64,000 nt of DNA from an uncultured Deferribacteraceae bacterium (GTDB lineage: Bacteria; Chrysiogenota; Deferribacteres; CAMZNJ01), in the NCBI GenBank assembly GCA_947313855.1, contig CAMZNS010000035.1, positions 2,435-66,434 of the forward strand, given 5' to 3'. The notes beneath the pieces are model-generated. The model was not told where the DNA came from. It saw nothing but the letters and a program-made list of their open reading frames with translations, and ran no database searches. This document shows positions 48,803-61,849 of the stretch, one piece after another. The first letter of the stretch is position 1; the number at the start of each line of letters is the position of its first letter. The translations under genes were made by a program, and so were the position numbers.

Positions 48803-48990
48803 ACCGCACACACCAGCACACACCTACCCGCACACGCACCCGTACACCAGCACACGCACACACCAGCACACCAGCACACACCAGCACACGCACACACCTA
48901 CCAGCACACGCACACACCAGCACACACCAGCACACCAGCACACCAGCACACCCGTACACGCACCCGCACGCCTACACGACTACCCGTACA
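48803..48990. repeat. Mosaic CA-rich array between convergent genes
   Basis: Reshuffled CACCAG / CACACG / CACCCG modules starting at the 3' arm of the hairpin GTGCGGT/ACCGCAC. Confidence 0.9.
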
Positions 48991-49684
48991 GCCAGGCAAA
49001 CACCTCTTTCACATGATCGCGACCATTATGTTCCACACAGCTACCATGTCCGACGATTACGCTATCGAAGTCCCACGATAGCACTGTGTTTATTGATTTT
49101 CGTCCTAAGTCTTTGTTTGTCAGCGTCCTTTTAATGTGTCGAGGCACGCCCCCATTTGGGTTCACCATATTTAGCCCTTTTTTGATGTATGTCCATGGGA
49201 ATACTTCCTTTGTGGGGTCTTGTCGGTGAATCCAGTCTGTGACAATTAGTGTTTTTGATGGTTTGTGTATGAAGAATATTTCGTCTAGGAATCTGTTCCC
49301 AGCCATTAGTACTTGGTCGATCTCTCCACTCCACGGGTAGTTGTCCGCATTTGGATCGATGACATGGTCGTGGTGTATTTTGGGTAGGTGTTTTGGTGCG
49401 TCAGGCGAGACCCAAAGTTGTGCCATTGGGAATTCTTTTTTCCAATCGTCCACCCCTTGGTAGTGGTATTTGTTGGGTGCAACAAGGTAGTGAACCTCTC
49501 CTAGTGGTTTGATTAGGTCTAGTCGTTGTGTTGTGAGCGTGATGGGTGAGTGCACCCAGAGGTTTCCGTTTTCAAGTTTGATGATAACTGTTTTGGGTAG
49601 AATGGGCATGGTTTTGAAGTGTATCAGGTTTCCGTCAAGAATCCAGACGTTGTGTTGAAATTCGTAAAGCATAGCAAGCACCAC
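48980..49684 (-). CDS. DUF4336 family protein
   Basis: LENGNLWVHSPI, LVAPNKYH, EIFFIHKPSKTLIVTD, WDFDSVIVGHG. Confidence 0.85.
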   Translation of the reverse strand: MVLAMLYEFQHNVWILDGNLIHFKTMPILPKTVIIKLENGNLWVHSPITLTTQRLDLIKPLGEVHYLVAPNKYHYQGVDDWKKEFPMAQLWVSPDAPKHLPKIHHDHVIDPNADNYPWSGEIDQVLMAGNRFLDEIFFIHKPSKTLIVTDWIHRQDPTKEVFPWTYIKKGLNMVNPNGGVPRHIKRTLTNKDLGRKSINTVLSWDFDSVIVGHGSCVEHNGRDHVKEVFAWLYG

Positions 49685-49781
49685 CTTTTTTGTAAGGTAT
49701 TGGGGTAAGTTTGTGACCTACCCCAAGTATTTCAGCTCGATAGTTTACTTTATTTCAACTTGTTAAGTGTTTGCAAGTATT

Positions 49782-51026
49782 TTATTGCCCCATTTTTTCT
49801 AGGAATTCGGAATTTTCTTTTGTATCTTTGATTTTTTCTAGTAGGAATTCCATTGAGTCTACGGTATTCATGTTTGAGAGGAATCGTTTGAGTATCCAGA
49901 CTCTGTTGAGTTCTTCTTTTGTGTAGAGTAGTTCTTCACGTCGTGTGCTAGATTTGAGTATATCCACAGCGGGGAATGTGCGTCTTTCGGCGAGTTGTCT
50001 GCTTAGGTGTAGTTCCATGTTTCCGGTGCCTTTGAATTCTTCGTAAATGACTTCGTCCATTTTGGATCCGGTTTCCACGAGTGCCGTTGCGATAATTGTG
50101 AGAGATCCCCCGTATTCGATATTTCTTGCTGCACCGAAGAATCTTTTTGGTTTGTGTAGAGCGTTTGCGTCCACGCCTCCGGACAGTACTTTTCCGCTTG
50201 ATGGTTCTACTGAGTTGTATGCACGTGCTAGCCTTGTGATAGAGTCGAGTAGAACGACAACATCTTTGCCTTGTTCGACTAGTCGTTTTGCTTTTTGGAG
50301 TACCATTTCGGCGACTTTCACATGGTTTGAGGCTGGTTCGTCGAATGTTGAGCTAACAACTTCAGCGTCTACGCTTCTTGCCATGTCTGTGACCTCTTCG
50401 GGTCGTTCGTCGATGAGTAGTACGATCATGGTAATATTTTCGGTATTGGCAAGGATGCTGTTGGCTATTGATTTCAGCATAATTGTTTTGCCTGTTTTTG
50501 GTGGAGCTACGAGTAGTCCACGTTGTCCTTTGCCTATTGGTGCGATTAGGTCGACGATTCGAGTATCGTACCTTGCGGGGTTGCTTTCGAGTCTAATCCG
50601 TTCGTCGGGGAATAGTGGCGTGAGTGTTTCGAAAAGGGGTCTGTGTTTGTCTGGTTGTTCTCCGTTCACATTTTTGACTTTGGTTAGAGCGAAGTATTTT
50701 TCGTTATCTTTGGGTGTTCGGATCTCCCCTTCGATGGTGTCTCCGCCTCTCAGTCCTACTTTTCGTATTTGCGATGGTGATACGTAGACGTCGTCGTGTC
50801 CTGGCTGATAGTTGTTTTCTTTTGATCGTAGGAATCCGAATCCGTCGGGGAGTATTTCCAGTGATCCTGTGCTTGTGATTACCTGCTTATTTTTCACACT
50901 CATCTGCTTTAGTATTTCAGAGATAAGCTCGCTTTTGATAAAGTTGCCGGGTTTTTTGAGTCCAACCTCTTTGCCAATTTCAATTAGTTCATCAATGTGT
51001 TTCAGTCTTAGTTTAGATAAATTCAC
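49782..51026 (-). CDS. rho: Transcription termination factor Rho
   Basis: [46 protein letters not shown]. Confidence 0.98.
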   Translation of the reverse strand: MNLSKLRLKHIDELIEIGKEVGLKKPGNFIKSELISEILKQMSVKNKQVITSTGSLEILPDGFGFLRSKENNYQPGHDDVYVSPSQIRKVGLRGGDTIEGEIRTPKDNEKYFALTKVKNVNGEQPDKHRPLFETLTPLFPDERIRLESNPARYDTRIVDLIAPIGKGQRGLLVAPPKTGKTIMLKSIANSILANTENITMIVLLIDERPEEVTDMARSVDAEVVSSTFDEPASNHVKVAEMVLQKAKRLVEQGKDVVVLLDSITRLARAYNSVEPSSGKVLSGGVDANALHKPKRFFGAARNIEYGGSLTIIATALVETGSKMDEVIYEEFKGTGNMELHLSRQLAERRTFPAVDILKSSTRREELLYTKEELNRVWILKRFLSNMNTVDSMEFLLEKIKDTKENSEFLEKMGQ

Positions 51027-51361
51027 AAAGTCTCTCCATTGTTAGTTGTTAGCCGATTGTTTTAGCAAATTGTGCTCAGCTAATTGTTGTTGAAATGTAG
51101 TATTGATTTTTGCGTATTTTGTGGTTGGTGATTCTCCATCGAGGTCGTTACTTGCCTGTCAGAGTTTGCCCGTGGATACACACCCTTAGACGTACTCAAG
51201 GGTGTAGAGTTGTAACCTGGAAGATTTTTATGGTGTAATGTAAAAGAGTTATTTGGTTTAGGTTTTGCAGAGTCCTGTTTGAGTTTAACTTAATCGGTTA
51301 GGTGTGCAAATCGTATCGTTTGTGTGCAGGACGATGCAAACGTGTTTGTGCGTTCGGCTAT

Positions 51362-51436
51362 GTTGCCTGCCGAGCCGAGCTGCCGAGTTGCCGAGCTGCC
51401 GAGTTGCCGAGTTGCCTGCCGAGCCGAGTTGCCTGC
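51362..51436. repeat. Mosaic GCCGAG(C/T)T array downstream of ligA
   Basis: 8-bp and 5-bp modules; TCGGC at 51354 is the inverted copy of the GCCGA core. Confidence 0.9.
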
Positions 51437-51473
51437 TCCACACCTATAGAAATACTACCTTCTAGGGAACTTG

Positions 51474-53597
<2,124 letters not shown>

Positions 53598-53820
53598 TTA
53601 CCACTTTGCATTTTATAGAGTTGTGCATCCCTTTTACTAAAGTATTTTCGAATATGTAGCAATAATCGTGCCCGTATTTGTTTCAGCACCTTGTATCTGT
53701 TTAATATGGTTATGACGCATCAAACTTTCTAGTGTTTGGGTTTTATTTTGGTGGATTATTTTGTTGTGAAGGGGTGTTTCAAGGTTTGGGCATTAATTTT
53801 CGATTATTGTTTATTGACTA

Positions 53821-53849
53821 TTGACATCGGCTCGTAAAGTGTGTATTAT
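53821..53849 (+). promoter_or_regulatory. Sigma-70 promoter of the pyr operon
   Basis: TTGACA, 17 nt spacer, TATTAT. Confidence 0.7.
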
Positions 53850-53934
53850 TATAACGTTTGAACTATAAAGCTGTACGAATAATTACAGGTCTGCTCATAC
53901 TTCGATTACTGATTACTTCAAGTGGGAGGAATAT

Positions 53935-55035
53935 TTGATGCGAGACGAACCGCAACATCAGCACAAACATCACGATACCCCCCTTGAAAGCCACGCCTCC
54001 AGCGAGCCTCAAACCTTGGCCGACTTTATCTCTGTTACCAACCTAACTCTCCCCCCCCACCTTCTAAACACCTCTTCTGAGATAATTTACCCTACCCTCA
54101 TTCAGCATTTTTTTTCTAAAGCTGCTGACTTCAAATTTTTGAACAACCAAACAGTCAAAAAACTCCCTAACCTACGCGGTCGCACAGTGGTTAATCTTTT
54201 TTTTGAGAAATCAACTCGCACACTAGTATCGTTTGAAATCGCTGCTAAACGCCTTGATGCCGACGTTATTAATTTTTCCGTCAGCAGGTCTGCCACTACT
54301 TCTAAGTACAAGTCTGTTTTCGACACAATCTCCACTTTGGATGCCATGGGTGTTGACTTGTACTGTATTCGCCACCCCCATGCTGGTGGCGTGGAGCAGA
54401 TCGCCCAACGCACATCAGCACATGTTATCAATGCTGGCGATGGTCACAACGGACACCCCACACAGGCTCTCCTCGATGCCTACACAATATCGGAACACAT
54501 CACCAGCCTGCAAACAAGCAACAGTATTGCCGACATCAACAAATTTAAGGGGCTTCGTGTGTCAATCATCGGCAACATCGCCACCTCCCGCGTAGCCAAA
54601 AGCAACATCAAGCTTTTAAGTGCCTTGGGGTGCGAAATCACCATATTCGGACCCAACACACTACTGCCCAAATACACCCTTTACGGCGTCAAAGTTGCTC
54701 GCACCGTTGCCTCCGCCTTGGAAGGTGCAAACGTTGTGATGATGCTCCGCGTACAGATGGATCAACAACATGGCAAAGGTGGCATGAGTATCCCCTCAGC
54801 CGAAGAGTACAACCGCTTCTACGGACTAAACTCCAACAACCTACATATGCTTGGCAACGACACCATTATCTTGCACCCCGGATCGGTCAACCGAGGGCTA
54901 GAGATGGACGACGATGCCATTGCACACACCAAATCACGAATATTTGATCAGGTCAGCAATGGTGTTGCCCTCCGAATGGCTATCATGGACTACCTACTCA
55001 ACGAAACAAAACAAAACAAATACGAAATAAAATAA
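53935..55035 (+). CDS. pyrB: Aspartate carbamoyltransferase catalytic subunit
   Basis: FFEKSTRT, IRH, INAGDG...HPTQALLD, LRVQ, LHPG. Confidence 0.95.
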   Translation: MMRDEPQHQHKHHDTPLESHASSEPQTLADFISVTNLTLPPHLLNTSSEIIYPTLIQHFFSKAADFKFLNNQTVKKLPNLRGRTVVNLFFEKSTRTLVSFEIAAKRLDADVINFSVSRSATTSKYKSVFDTISTLDAMGVDLYCIRHPHAGGVEQIAQRTSAHVINAGDGHNGHPTQALLDAYTISEHITSLQTSNSIADINKFKGLRVSIIGNIATSRVAKSNIKLLSALGCEITIFGPNTLLPKYTLYGVKVARTVASALEGANVVMMLRVQMDQQHGKGGMSIPSAEEYNRFYGLNSNNLHMLGNDTIILHPGSVNRGLEMDDDAIAHTKSRIFDQVSNGVALRMAIMDYLLNETKQNKYEIK

Positions 55036-55045
55036 ATACGCAACG

Positions 55046-55156
55046 GATACACTAGGCTAGAACAACACAACTCCTCCTAACCACTGAAGGGGGAGACAGC
55101 TGGCGACGCTGGTGAAGATACACTAGGCTAGAACAACGCAACTCTTCCCAACCGCT
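55046..55156. repeat. About 40-bp direct repeat (period 71) between pyrB and pyrC
   Basis: GATACACTAGGCTAGAACAAC exact at 55046 and 55117, with a degenerate extension. Confidence 0.9.
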
Positions 55157-55171
55157 ACGGAGTTAACATTT

Positions 55172-56452
55172 ATGAAAACACTTTTAACCAACGCCAAAAT
55201 AGTCACACCCGACGAAATAATCGATGGCTCGATTTTAATGGAAAATGGGCACATTACATCGATAATGACGGGGAACAACCCGCAAGCCGACGCCCGCAAC
55301 ACATACGACTGCCACGGATCCACCGTTGTGCCCGGACTCATCGACATGCATGTTCACTTCCGCGATCCCGGTCAAGAACACAAAGAGGATATTGAAACTG
55401 GTGCCAAAACCGCTGTTGCCGGTGGCGTCACCACTGCCTGCTGTATGGCGAACACCACCCCTGTCAACGACAACGCCGCCATCACATCGTACATATTTCG
55501 CAAAGGGCAAGACACCGGACTCATCGACCTGTACCCCATTGGAGCAGTAACCACAGGGCTAAAAGGACACTCCCTCGCCGAAATGGGTCTGATGATAGAT
55601 GCAGGTGCCGTAGCCTTTTCCGATGACGGGAAAAGCGTGGACTCCTCCTTAATGATGCGTAAAGCCATGGAGTACGCCAAAGGGTTCAACACCACTATCA
55701 TCTCCCACAACGAAGATATTAACCTGCGAAATAACGGTGCCTGCCACGAAGGTGCCCACTCCCACAAACTCGGCATACCCGGTATCCCTAGCGAAACCGA
55801 AGAGATTATGATTATTCGCAACATCCTACTCGCAAAACTCACACAATGCCACCTACACATTGCCCACGTCTCCACAGCCACAGGGCTAGAACTCATCAAA
55901 TGGGCAAAAGAACAAAATATCAACATCACTTGCGAAGTAACTCCCCACCACCTCCACCTCACTGACGAAAGTATCAAAGGGTACGATACCAATTACAAAG
56001 TAAACCCACCACTCAGGGAGTCGCACGACGTGGACTACCTACGACAAAACCTGCGAAACGGACTCATCGACGTTGTTGCCACCGATCACTCACCACACCA
56101 CTTCGACGAAAAAAATACCAACTTCAACTCCGCACCATTCGGAATAATCGGACTACAAACCATGGTTCCCCTACTCCTCGACCTCGTAAGGGGAAACCAC
56201 ATAACCATGCACGACTTTGTACGTCTAACATCCAGTAAACCAGCAAAAATACTCGGACTATCCGACAGGGGCGAACTCAAAGAGGGGATGCGTGCCGACA
56301 TTGCGGTAATCAACACCGATCACAAATATACCTACGATGACAAAATAAATCGCTCAAAAAGTACCAACTCACCCTTCATGGGGAAAAAAATGAAGGGGAT
56401 TGTAACCCATACCTTCAAAAATGGCGAACTTGTTTACGAACTAAACAACTAA
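55172..56452 (+). CDS. pyrC: Dihydroorotase (long type)
   Basis: PGLIDMHVHFRDPG, FSDDG, CEVTPHH, KVNPPLR, ATDHSPH. Confidence 0.96.
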   Translation: MKTLLTNAKIVTPDEIIDGSILMENGHITSIMTGNNPQADARNTYDCHGSTVVPGLIDMHVHFRDPGQEHKEDIETGAKTAVAGGVTTACCMANTTPVNDNAAITSYIFRKGQDTGLIDLYPIGAVTTGLKGHSLAEMGLMIDAGAVAFSDDGKSVDSSLMMRKAMEYAKGFNTTIISHNEDINLRNNGACHEGAHSHKLGIPGIPSETEEIMIIRNILLAKLTQCHLHIAHVSTATGLELIKWAKEQNINITCEVTPHHLHLTDESIKGYDTNYKVNPPLRESHDVDYLRQNLRNGLIDVVATDHSPHHFDEKNTNFNSAPFGIIGLQTMVPLLLDLVRGNHITMHDFVRLTSSKPAKILGLSDRGELKEGMRADIAVINTDHKYTYDDKINRSKSTNSPFMGKKMKGIVTHTFKNGELVYELNN

Positions 56453-56506
56453 AATACACAAATTAAACACCGAAATAATGAATCATAATTTCTCAGGAGG
56501 ACGACC

Positions 56507-57088
56507 ATGGAGATGGATGTACTAAAAATATACCAGGAAGTTGGAGCACTACGCAAAGGACACTTTTTACTGTCAGCAGGGGTGCATAGCCCCGTTTACA
56601 TGCAATCATCCCTGCTTATGCAGTACCCCTCCATTGCTAAAAAAGTTCTAACCGAACTATCCAAAAAAGTCGCCCACCTCGACTTCACAACAATCGTAGC
56701 ACCAGCACTAGGCGGTATCACAACAGGGTACCAACTCGCTGAAATCATGGACAAAAGAGCCATCTTCACCGAACGGGAAAACAATATCATGACACTAAGA
56801 CGTGGCTTCACTTTGGAAAAAGGAACCAATGTGCTCATCATGGAAGACGTTGTTGCCACAGGGAAATCGGTCATGGAGTGCGTCGACGTTATCAAAAAAA
56901 GCGACGTCAATATTCTCGGCATCGCATGCATTGTCAACCGACACGAATCCAACCCCTTCGCCGAACACGGATACGACCTCTACAGCATGCTAAACTACAC
57001 ACCCGAACTCTACCTACCCGAAGACTGCCCACTGTGCAAAACTGGCGACACCCCAATCAAACCTGGAAGCAGAATCATGGACGTCTAA
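56507..57088 (+). CDS. pyrE: Orotate phosphoribosyltransferase
   Basis: GHFLLSAGVHS, APALGG, LRRGF, MEDVVATGKS. Confidence 0.95.
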   Translation: MEMDVLKIYQEVGALRKGHFLLSAGVHSPVYMQSSLLMQYPSIAKKVLTELSKKVAHLDFTTIVAPALGGITTGYQLAEIMDKRAIFTERENNIMTLRRGFTLEKGTNVLIMEDVVATGKSVMECVDVIKKSDVNILGIACIVNRHESNPFAEHGYDLYSMLNYTPELYLPEDCPLCKTGDTPIKPGSRIMDV

Positions 57089-57112
57089 AGCAGTACACGG
57101 GGCACACAACCA

Positions 57113-57307
57113 TGTGACCCGTGTGCCTGTAACCCGTGTGCCTGTGACCCATGTGCCTGTGACCCGTGTGCCTGTAACCCGTGTGCCTGTGACCCGTGTG
57201 CCTGTGACCCGTGTGCCTGTGACCCGTGTGCCTGTGACCCGTGTGCCTGTGACCCGTGTGCCTGTGACCCGTGTGCCTGTGACCCGTGTGCCTGTGACCC
57301 GTGTGCC
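57113..57307. repeat. 15-bp tandem array x13 downstream of pyrE
   Basis: TGTGACCCGTGTGCC x13; variants only in units 2, 3 and 5. Confidence 0.98.
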
Positions 57308-57427
57308 CAAACTGCCCAAACCGAAAAATATACAACTAATTGACTCTTTACAAAAATACTGCAAACAATATAATATAAACAATACTACGAGTAACGTAAC
57401 CACCGTGTTACAAAAGTGTGGTGATAA

Positions 57428-58990
57428 ATGAAAGCAGTTATCTTCGGCTCAACAGACATAGGCATCGACGTCGCCAACAAACTAGTCGGTGATGGCGTCG
57501 ACGTTACCATCGTTGACGCCAATGCCGATCGACTCAAGGTAATCGCACAACGACTCGACTGCTCCACAGTGGAAGGGCTCGCAACCGACATCGATCTCAT
57601 GAAAGAAAATAACCTCGACGAATCCGACATCTTCATCTCCATCACCGATGACGACGAAATGAACATCATCTCGTGCATTTTTATGCACCAAGCATTCAAC
57701 ATACCCCAAAAAATAGCCACCGTCAAATCCGTGGCATACCTCTCAGGATCCGTCAACGCCAACATCATCGACGGTATCGACAGGATCATCAATACCGAAA
57801 CAGAAACAGGTACATACATCGCCAATATTATTCAAGAAGGGGGGTGCAGTGCCCTCATCAACCTCGTCGGCGGCAAGGTGCAACTCCGCGACATCTTCAT
57901 CAACTACCAATCCTTCTTCAACGGCAGAACAGTCAAACGTATCCGACAACTCATGGACGTCGACTTCGTAATCGCCGGTGTTCTCGACAGCCACGAAAAC
58001 CTCATCATCCCCAACGGCGAATACGTTATCGAATCGGGCTCCCACGTTTACGTCGCTGGTACAGACAAATCCCTCCGACAACTCTACAAAAACCTAGGCA
58101 TTAGTCGACGTAAGCTACGTAATATTGTTATCGTCGGTGCGGGCAACGTCGGTGTTACCACCGCCAAAATACTCATCAACCGCGGCCTTCACATCTCCCT
58201 AATCGATTCCGATCCTGATGTTTGCAAGCGTGTCAACAAACAGCTCCCCAAAGCTCTGGTCATCCATGGTGACGGCTCTGATCAATCGGTTCTCGAAGAG
58301 ATAGGCATCCACAAAGCTGATGCCATTATTTGCGTTACGAATAACGAAGAATTCAACATACTTGTTGCCCACTACGCCAAAACCCTCGGCGTCAAGCGGA
58401 GCATTTCTCGGGTGAGCAAGCAAAACTATGCCAACATCGCCTCGGAGATGGGTATCGATGCTCTCATCAACCCTTCCAGTGCGTTGGTTACCTCCATTAC
58501 TCAGATTGTGCGTCAATCACGCAGTGTCAAGGATGTTTACTCCGTTTTCGATACCCGTGCGGAGATTGTGGCCGTCACTATTCACAGTAGCTACCGCCTT
58601 CTCAACGAACCACTGCACCGCTTTAGGCACAAAAATGTTATCGTTCTGTGTGTCAAGCGTGGGGATAGTGTTTGGGTTCCGGATGGTTCTTACGTATTTC
58701 AGGAGGGTGACGAGGTTTATCTCTTTGTGAATAAGACCAACATCACCACGATTTTACACGATTTCGACAGTTCAGTACCCTCCCTTGACGATCTTGATGG
58801 TTCTCAGCCATCGACGGCTACTGCTACCACTACGGTTACGGGCACAGCTACGGTTACGTCTACGGTTACGTCTACGGTTACGTCTACGGTTACAGCTACG
58901 GTTACGTCTACGGTTACGGATGCCAAGGTCGATGTTCCCGCCGATGGTGTTCAGCCACGTCGCATTTCCACGACGAATAAGTGTAGGTAA
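57428..58990 (+). CDS. trkA: Trk potassium uptake NAD-binding subunit with a Thr-rich tail
   Basis: Tandem RCK domains (IVGAGNVG, GDGSD); upstream of trkH; C-terminal (TVTS)n. Confidence 0.93.
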   Translation: MKAVIFGSTDIGIDVANKLVGDGVDVTIVDANADRLKVIAQRLDCSTVEGLATDIDLMKENNLDESDIFISITDDDEMNIISCIFMHQAFNIPQKIATVKSVAYLSGSVNANIIDGIDRIINTETETGTYIANIIQEGGCSALINLVGGKVQLRDIFINYQSFFNGRTVKRIRQLMDVDFVIAGVLDSHENLIIPNGEYVIESGSHVYVAGTDKSLRQLYKNLGISRRKLRNIVIVGAGNVGVTTAKILINRGLHISLIDSDPDVCKRVNKQLPKALVIHGDGSDQSVLEEIGIHKADAIICVTNNEEFNILVAHYAKTLGVKRSISRVSKQNYANIASEMGIDALINPSSALVTSITQIVRQSRSVKDVYSVFDTRAEIVAVTIHSSYRLLNEPLHRFRHKNVIVLCVKRGDSVWVPDGSYVFQEGDEVYLFVNKTNITTILHDFDSSVPSLDDLDGSQPSTATATTTVTGTATVTSTVTSTVTSTVTATVTSTVTDAKVDVPADGVQPRRISTTNKCR

Positions 58991-59002
58991 GGGGGTCTAC
59001 GT

Positions 59003-60460
59003 TTGTTTCATTCCATCCTTTTGCGTGTCAACGCCTTTATGATGCTTCTTCTGGCCATACCCATATTTCTTTGCATGCTCATGGCACTTGCCCTCAACGA
59101 GCCTGCAGCGTTCAAGGGTTTTTTCATTACCTTTATTGTGGCTATTAGTGTTGGTTCGTTCATTACGTTCATCAACATTTCTGTTCCCCCAGCCAAGTTA
59201 CGACCTAAAACAGGTTTTGTTATTGTTACAGCTTCATGGCTTTTGAGTTCCATCCTGTTCTCTTTCCCCTACTATTTTTCAGGAGCAATTCCCCATTGGG
59301 CTGATGCTTATTTCGAGACTGTGTCAGGTTTTACGACTACAGGCGGTAGTATTCTGCCTGATATTGAGGCTTTGCCCCGTTCGATCCTTTTTTGGCGTAG
59401 TATGACCCAGTGGCTTGGCGGTATTGGTATTGTTATCCTCACCATTTCAGCCATGCCCATGTTGGGTATACGCAATATGAGTATGATGCAAGGCGAGGCA
59501 ACAGGTATTAGTATTGGCAAGCTTGCACCACGAGCTTCATCTACGGCTAAGATTATGTGGCTCATCTATCTTCTGCTGACCATCATGTCCACTTTTTTGT
59601 TAATGCTATCCGGTTTGGGTATTTATGATGCCCTTACCTTAACATTTTCCACCGTATCGACTGGTGGGTTCTCCCCTTACAATGCTTATGTTCCTTACTT
59701 CAATACGTTTGATGTGGAGCTTATAGTTATTATTACGATGCTCATCTCTAGCGTCAATTTTGCCCTCCTCTACTCCCTTTATAATGGTAAACCTCAGTCC
59801 CTTTTTCACAACTCCGAGTTACGTTTTTACCTTGCTGTTGTGTCATTCATTTCCTTGGGAATATTTTTCATATTGATGGTAACAGGCACATACACCGACT
59901 GGATACTAGCCCTTCGCGAGTCGGTATTTCAGACTGTGTCCCTCATTAGTACCACAGGGTTTGCGACTACAGATTACGGTTTGTGGCCATATCAGGCACA
60001 GTTTTTGTTACTCATGACGTTTTTTATTGGTGGTTGTGCTGGATCAACAGCTGGTGGAGTCAAGCCTATTCGCATACTAGTTATGTTCAAGCAGACGATA
60101 CTCGAGCTTAAGTACCTTCTTTATCCTAACGGTATATTTTCCCTCAAGATTAATAAAATGTCTGTACCGAAAAGCACACTGGGTATTGTTACAGGTTTCA
60201 TCACGCTTTACACCTTGACAGTACTAGTTACCACCATGATTGTTGCAACTGGCGGTCATAGCCTTGAGACATCCTTTTCCGCAGCGATTTCTGCCATTGG
60301 CAACGTTGGTCCCTCTTTTGGAGCTATCGGTGCCGTTGGCGATTTCAGTTTTTTCCAAGACTACATCAAGGTTACCTTAAGTTTAGCGATGATAGCGGGA
60401 CGTCTTGAGCTTTACACCACCGCTGTTGCCGTGATTGTTATCTGGTGTCGCAAGGTGTAA
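59003..60460 (+). CDS. trkH: Trk potassium channel membrane subunit
   Basis: FETVSGFTTTG, WRSMTQWLGGIG, STGGFS, GGCAGSTAGGVK, GNVGP, GRLE. Confidence 0.96.
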   Translation: MFHSILLRVNAFMMLLLAIPIFLCMLMALALNEPAAFKGFFITFIVAISVGSFITFINISVPPAKLRPKTGFVIVTASWLLSSILFSFPYYFSGAIPHWADAYFETVSGFTTTGGSILPDIEALPRSILFWRSMTQWLGGIGIVILTISAMPMLGIRNMSMMQGEATGISIGKLAPRASSTAKIMWLIYLLLTIMSTFLLMLSGLGIYDALTLTFSTVSTGGFSPYNAYVPYFNTFDVELIVIITMLISSVNFALLYSLYNGKPQSLFHNSELRFYLAVVSFISLGIFFILMVTGTYTDWILALRESVFQTVSLISTTGFATTDYGLWPYQAQFLLLMTFFIGGCAGSTAGGVKPIRILVMFKQTILELKYLLYPNGIFSLKINKMSVPKSTLGIVTGFITLYTLTVLVTTMIVATGGHSLETSFSAAISAIGNVGPSFGAIGAVGDFSFFQDYIKVTLSLAMIAGRLELYTTAVAVIVIWCRKV

Positions 60461-60547
60461 GGTTAGAAATGGGGGGGGGTATTACGATGGAAGCTCTTCA
60501 GCAAGTTAAATGATGGGGGGTTAACATAGGTGAAGCATAAGGAAGAA

Positions 60548-60621
<74 letters not shown>

Positions 60622-60839
60622 CGTAACGGAATTCAATCAAACCAAAACGTTCAACTGAATTACAAGCATACCCGAACAATAACAAAAAAGCAAGAACTAT
60701 TTACCACGGAACAATAAATTTCACCACTCAAGCTGTAAATAGTATTGATAAATAACTACTTAGCTTGTATAATTTATATGAATAATATCGAATAATATCA
60801 ACCAAGAGAGTTGCAAATACACCACAAAAGGGGGAAACT

Positions 60840-61847
60840 ATGCCCACAACAAACGGTAACGTTCTAATCACTGGAGGCGTTGGCTTTATCGGCTCACATG
60901 TTGCCAAAACCCTACACCACAACAACTTCTCAACCGTTTTATACGACAACCTCTCTGCTGGCGAACCCATCAACAAACTCTACGGCACATTCATCGAAGG
61001 GGATATCACTGATCGCAAAAAAGTCATCAAAGTGCTGGAAGAGTACAATATCACAAGCGTCATACATGCCGCTGCATTCATCGAAGTCGGACTATCCATG
61101 ACTGATCCCCTATCCTTTTACACCAACAACCTCCACGGCGGCATAACCGTTTTGGAAGCCATGCGTCATGTTGGTGTCAACAATTTTGTCCTCTCCTCCA
61201 CAGCAGCTGTTTACGGTATCCCCAAAACCACACCCGTAACGGAAGACGCTCCCAAAACCCCCATCAACCCCTACGGATCATCGAAACTGATGCTCGAAGA
61301 GGTACTTCAGGACGCTAGTCGTGCCCACAACATACGCTCGGTCTCCCTGCGATACTTCAACGCATGCGGTGCCGACGCCGACCTCGAAATGGGCGTCAAC
61401 CGTGATCCCATCATCCACCTTATCCCCAATGTTGTGAACTCAGTAATCGAAGGTATCCCCATGACTGTTAATGGCAACGACTACAACACCCCCGATGGCA
61501 CATGCGTGCGAGATTACATCCACGTGTCGGATTTGGCCGAAGGACACCTGCTCGCCCTAAACTACCTTCGCAAGGGTGGTGCGACTAATGTGTTCAACCT
61601 TGGTACGGGTAAGGGGTTCAGTATCATGGAGATTATCGACTCGGTGGAGCGTATTACGGGTAAGAGGGTGGCGTATACCTTGGGTGCAAGGCGTGCTGGT
61701 GATCCCTCTGAGCTTGTTGCCAATGCTCAGCGTGCCAACGAAGTGCTCGGGTTTGCTCCATGCCACTCTAGTATCGACAATATTGTGAAAACAACGTATG
61801 AGTGGGAGATGCACAAACGTAACCGTCTTGCCAAGACTAGGCTTTAG
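60840..61847 (+). CDS. galE: UDP-glucose 4-epimerase
   Basis: TGGVGFIGSH, SSTAAVYG, YGSSK, LRYFNACGA, DGTCVRDYIHV. Confidence 0.95.
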   Translation: MPTTNGNVLITGGVGFIGSHVAKTLHHNNFSTVLYDNLSAGEPINKLYGTFIEGDITDRKKVIKVLEEYNITSVIHAAAFIEVGLSMTDPLSFYTNNLHGGITVLEAMRHVGVNNFVLSSTAAVYGIPKTTPVTEDAPKTPINPYGSSKLMLEEVLQDASRAHNIRSVSLRYFNACGADADLEMGVNRDPIIHLIPNVVNSVIEGIPMTVNGNDYNTPDGTCVRDYIHVSDLAEGHLLALNYLRKGGATNVFNLGTGKGFSIMEIIDSVERITGKRVAYTLGARRAGDPSELVANAQRANEVLGFAPCHSSIDNIVKTTYEWEMHKRNRLAKTRL

Positions 61848-61849
61848 GC

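Noticed and set aside
50047-50787. 246-aa plus-strand ORF
   Set aside because: Antisense shadow of rho.
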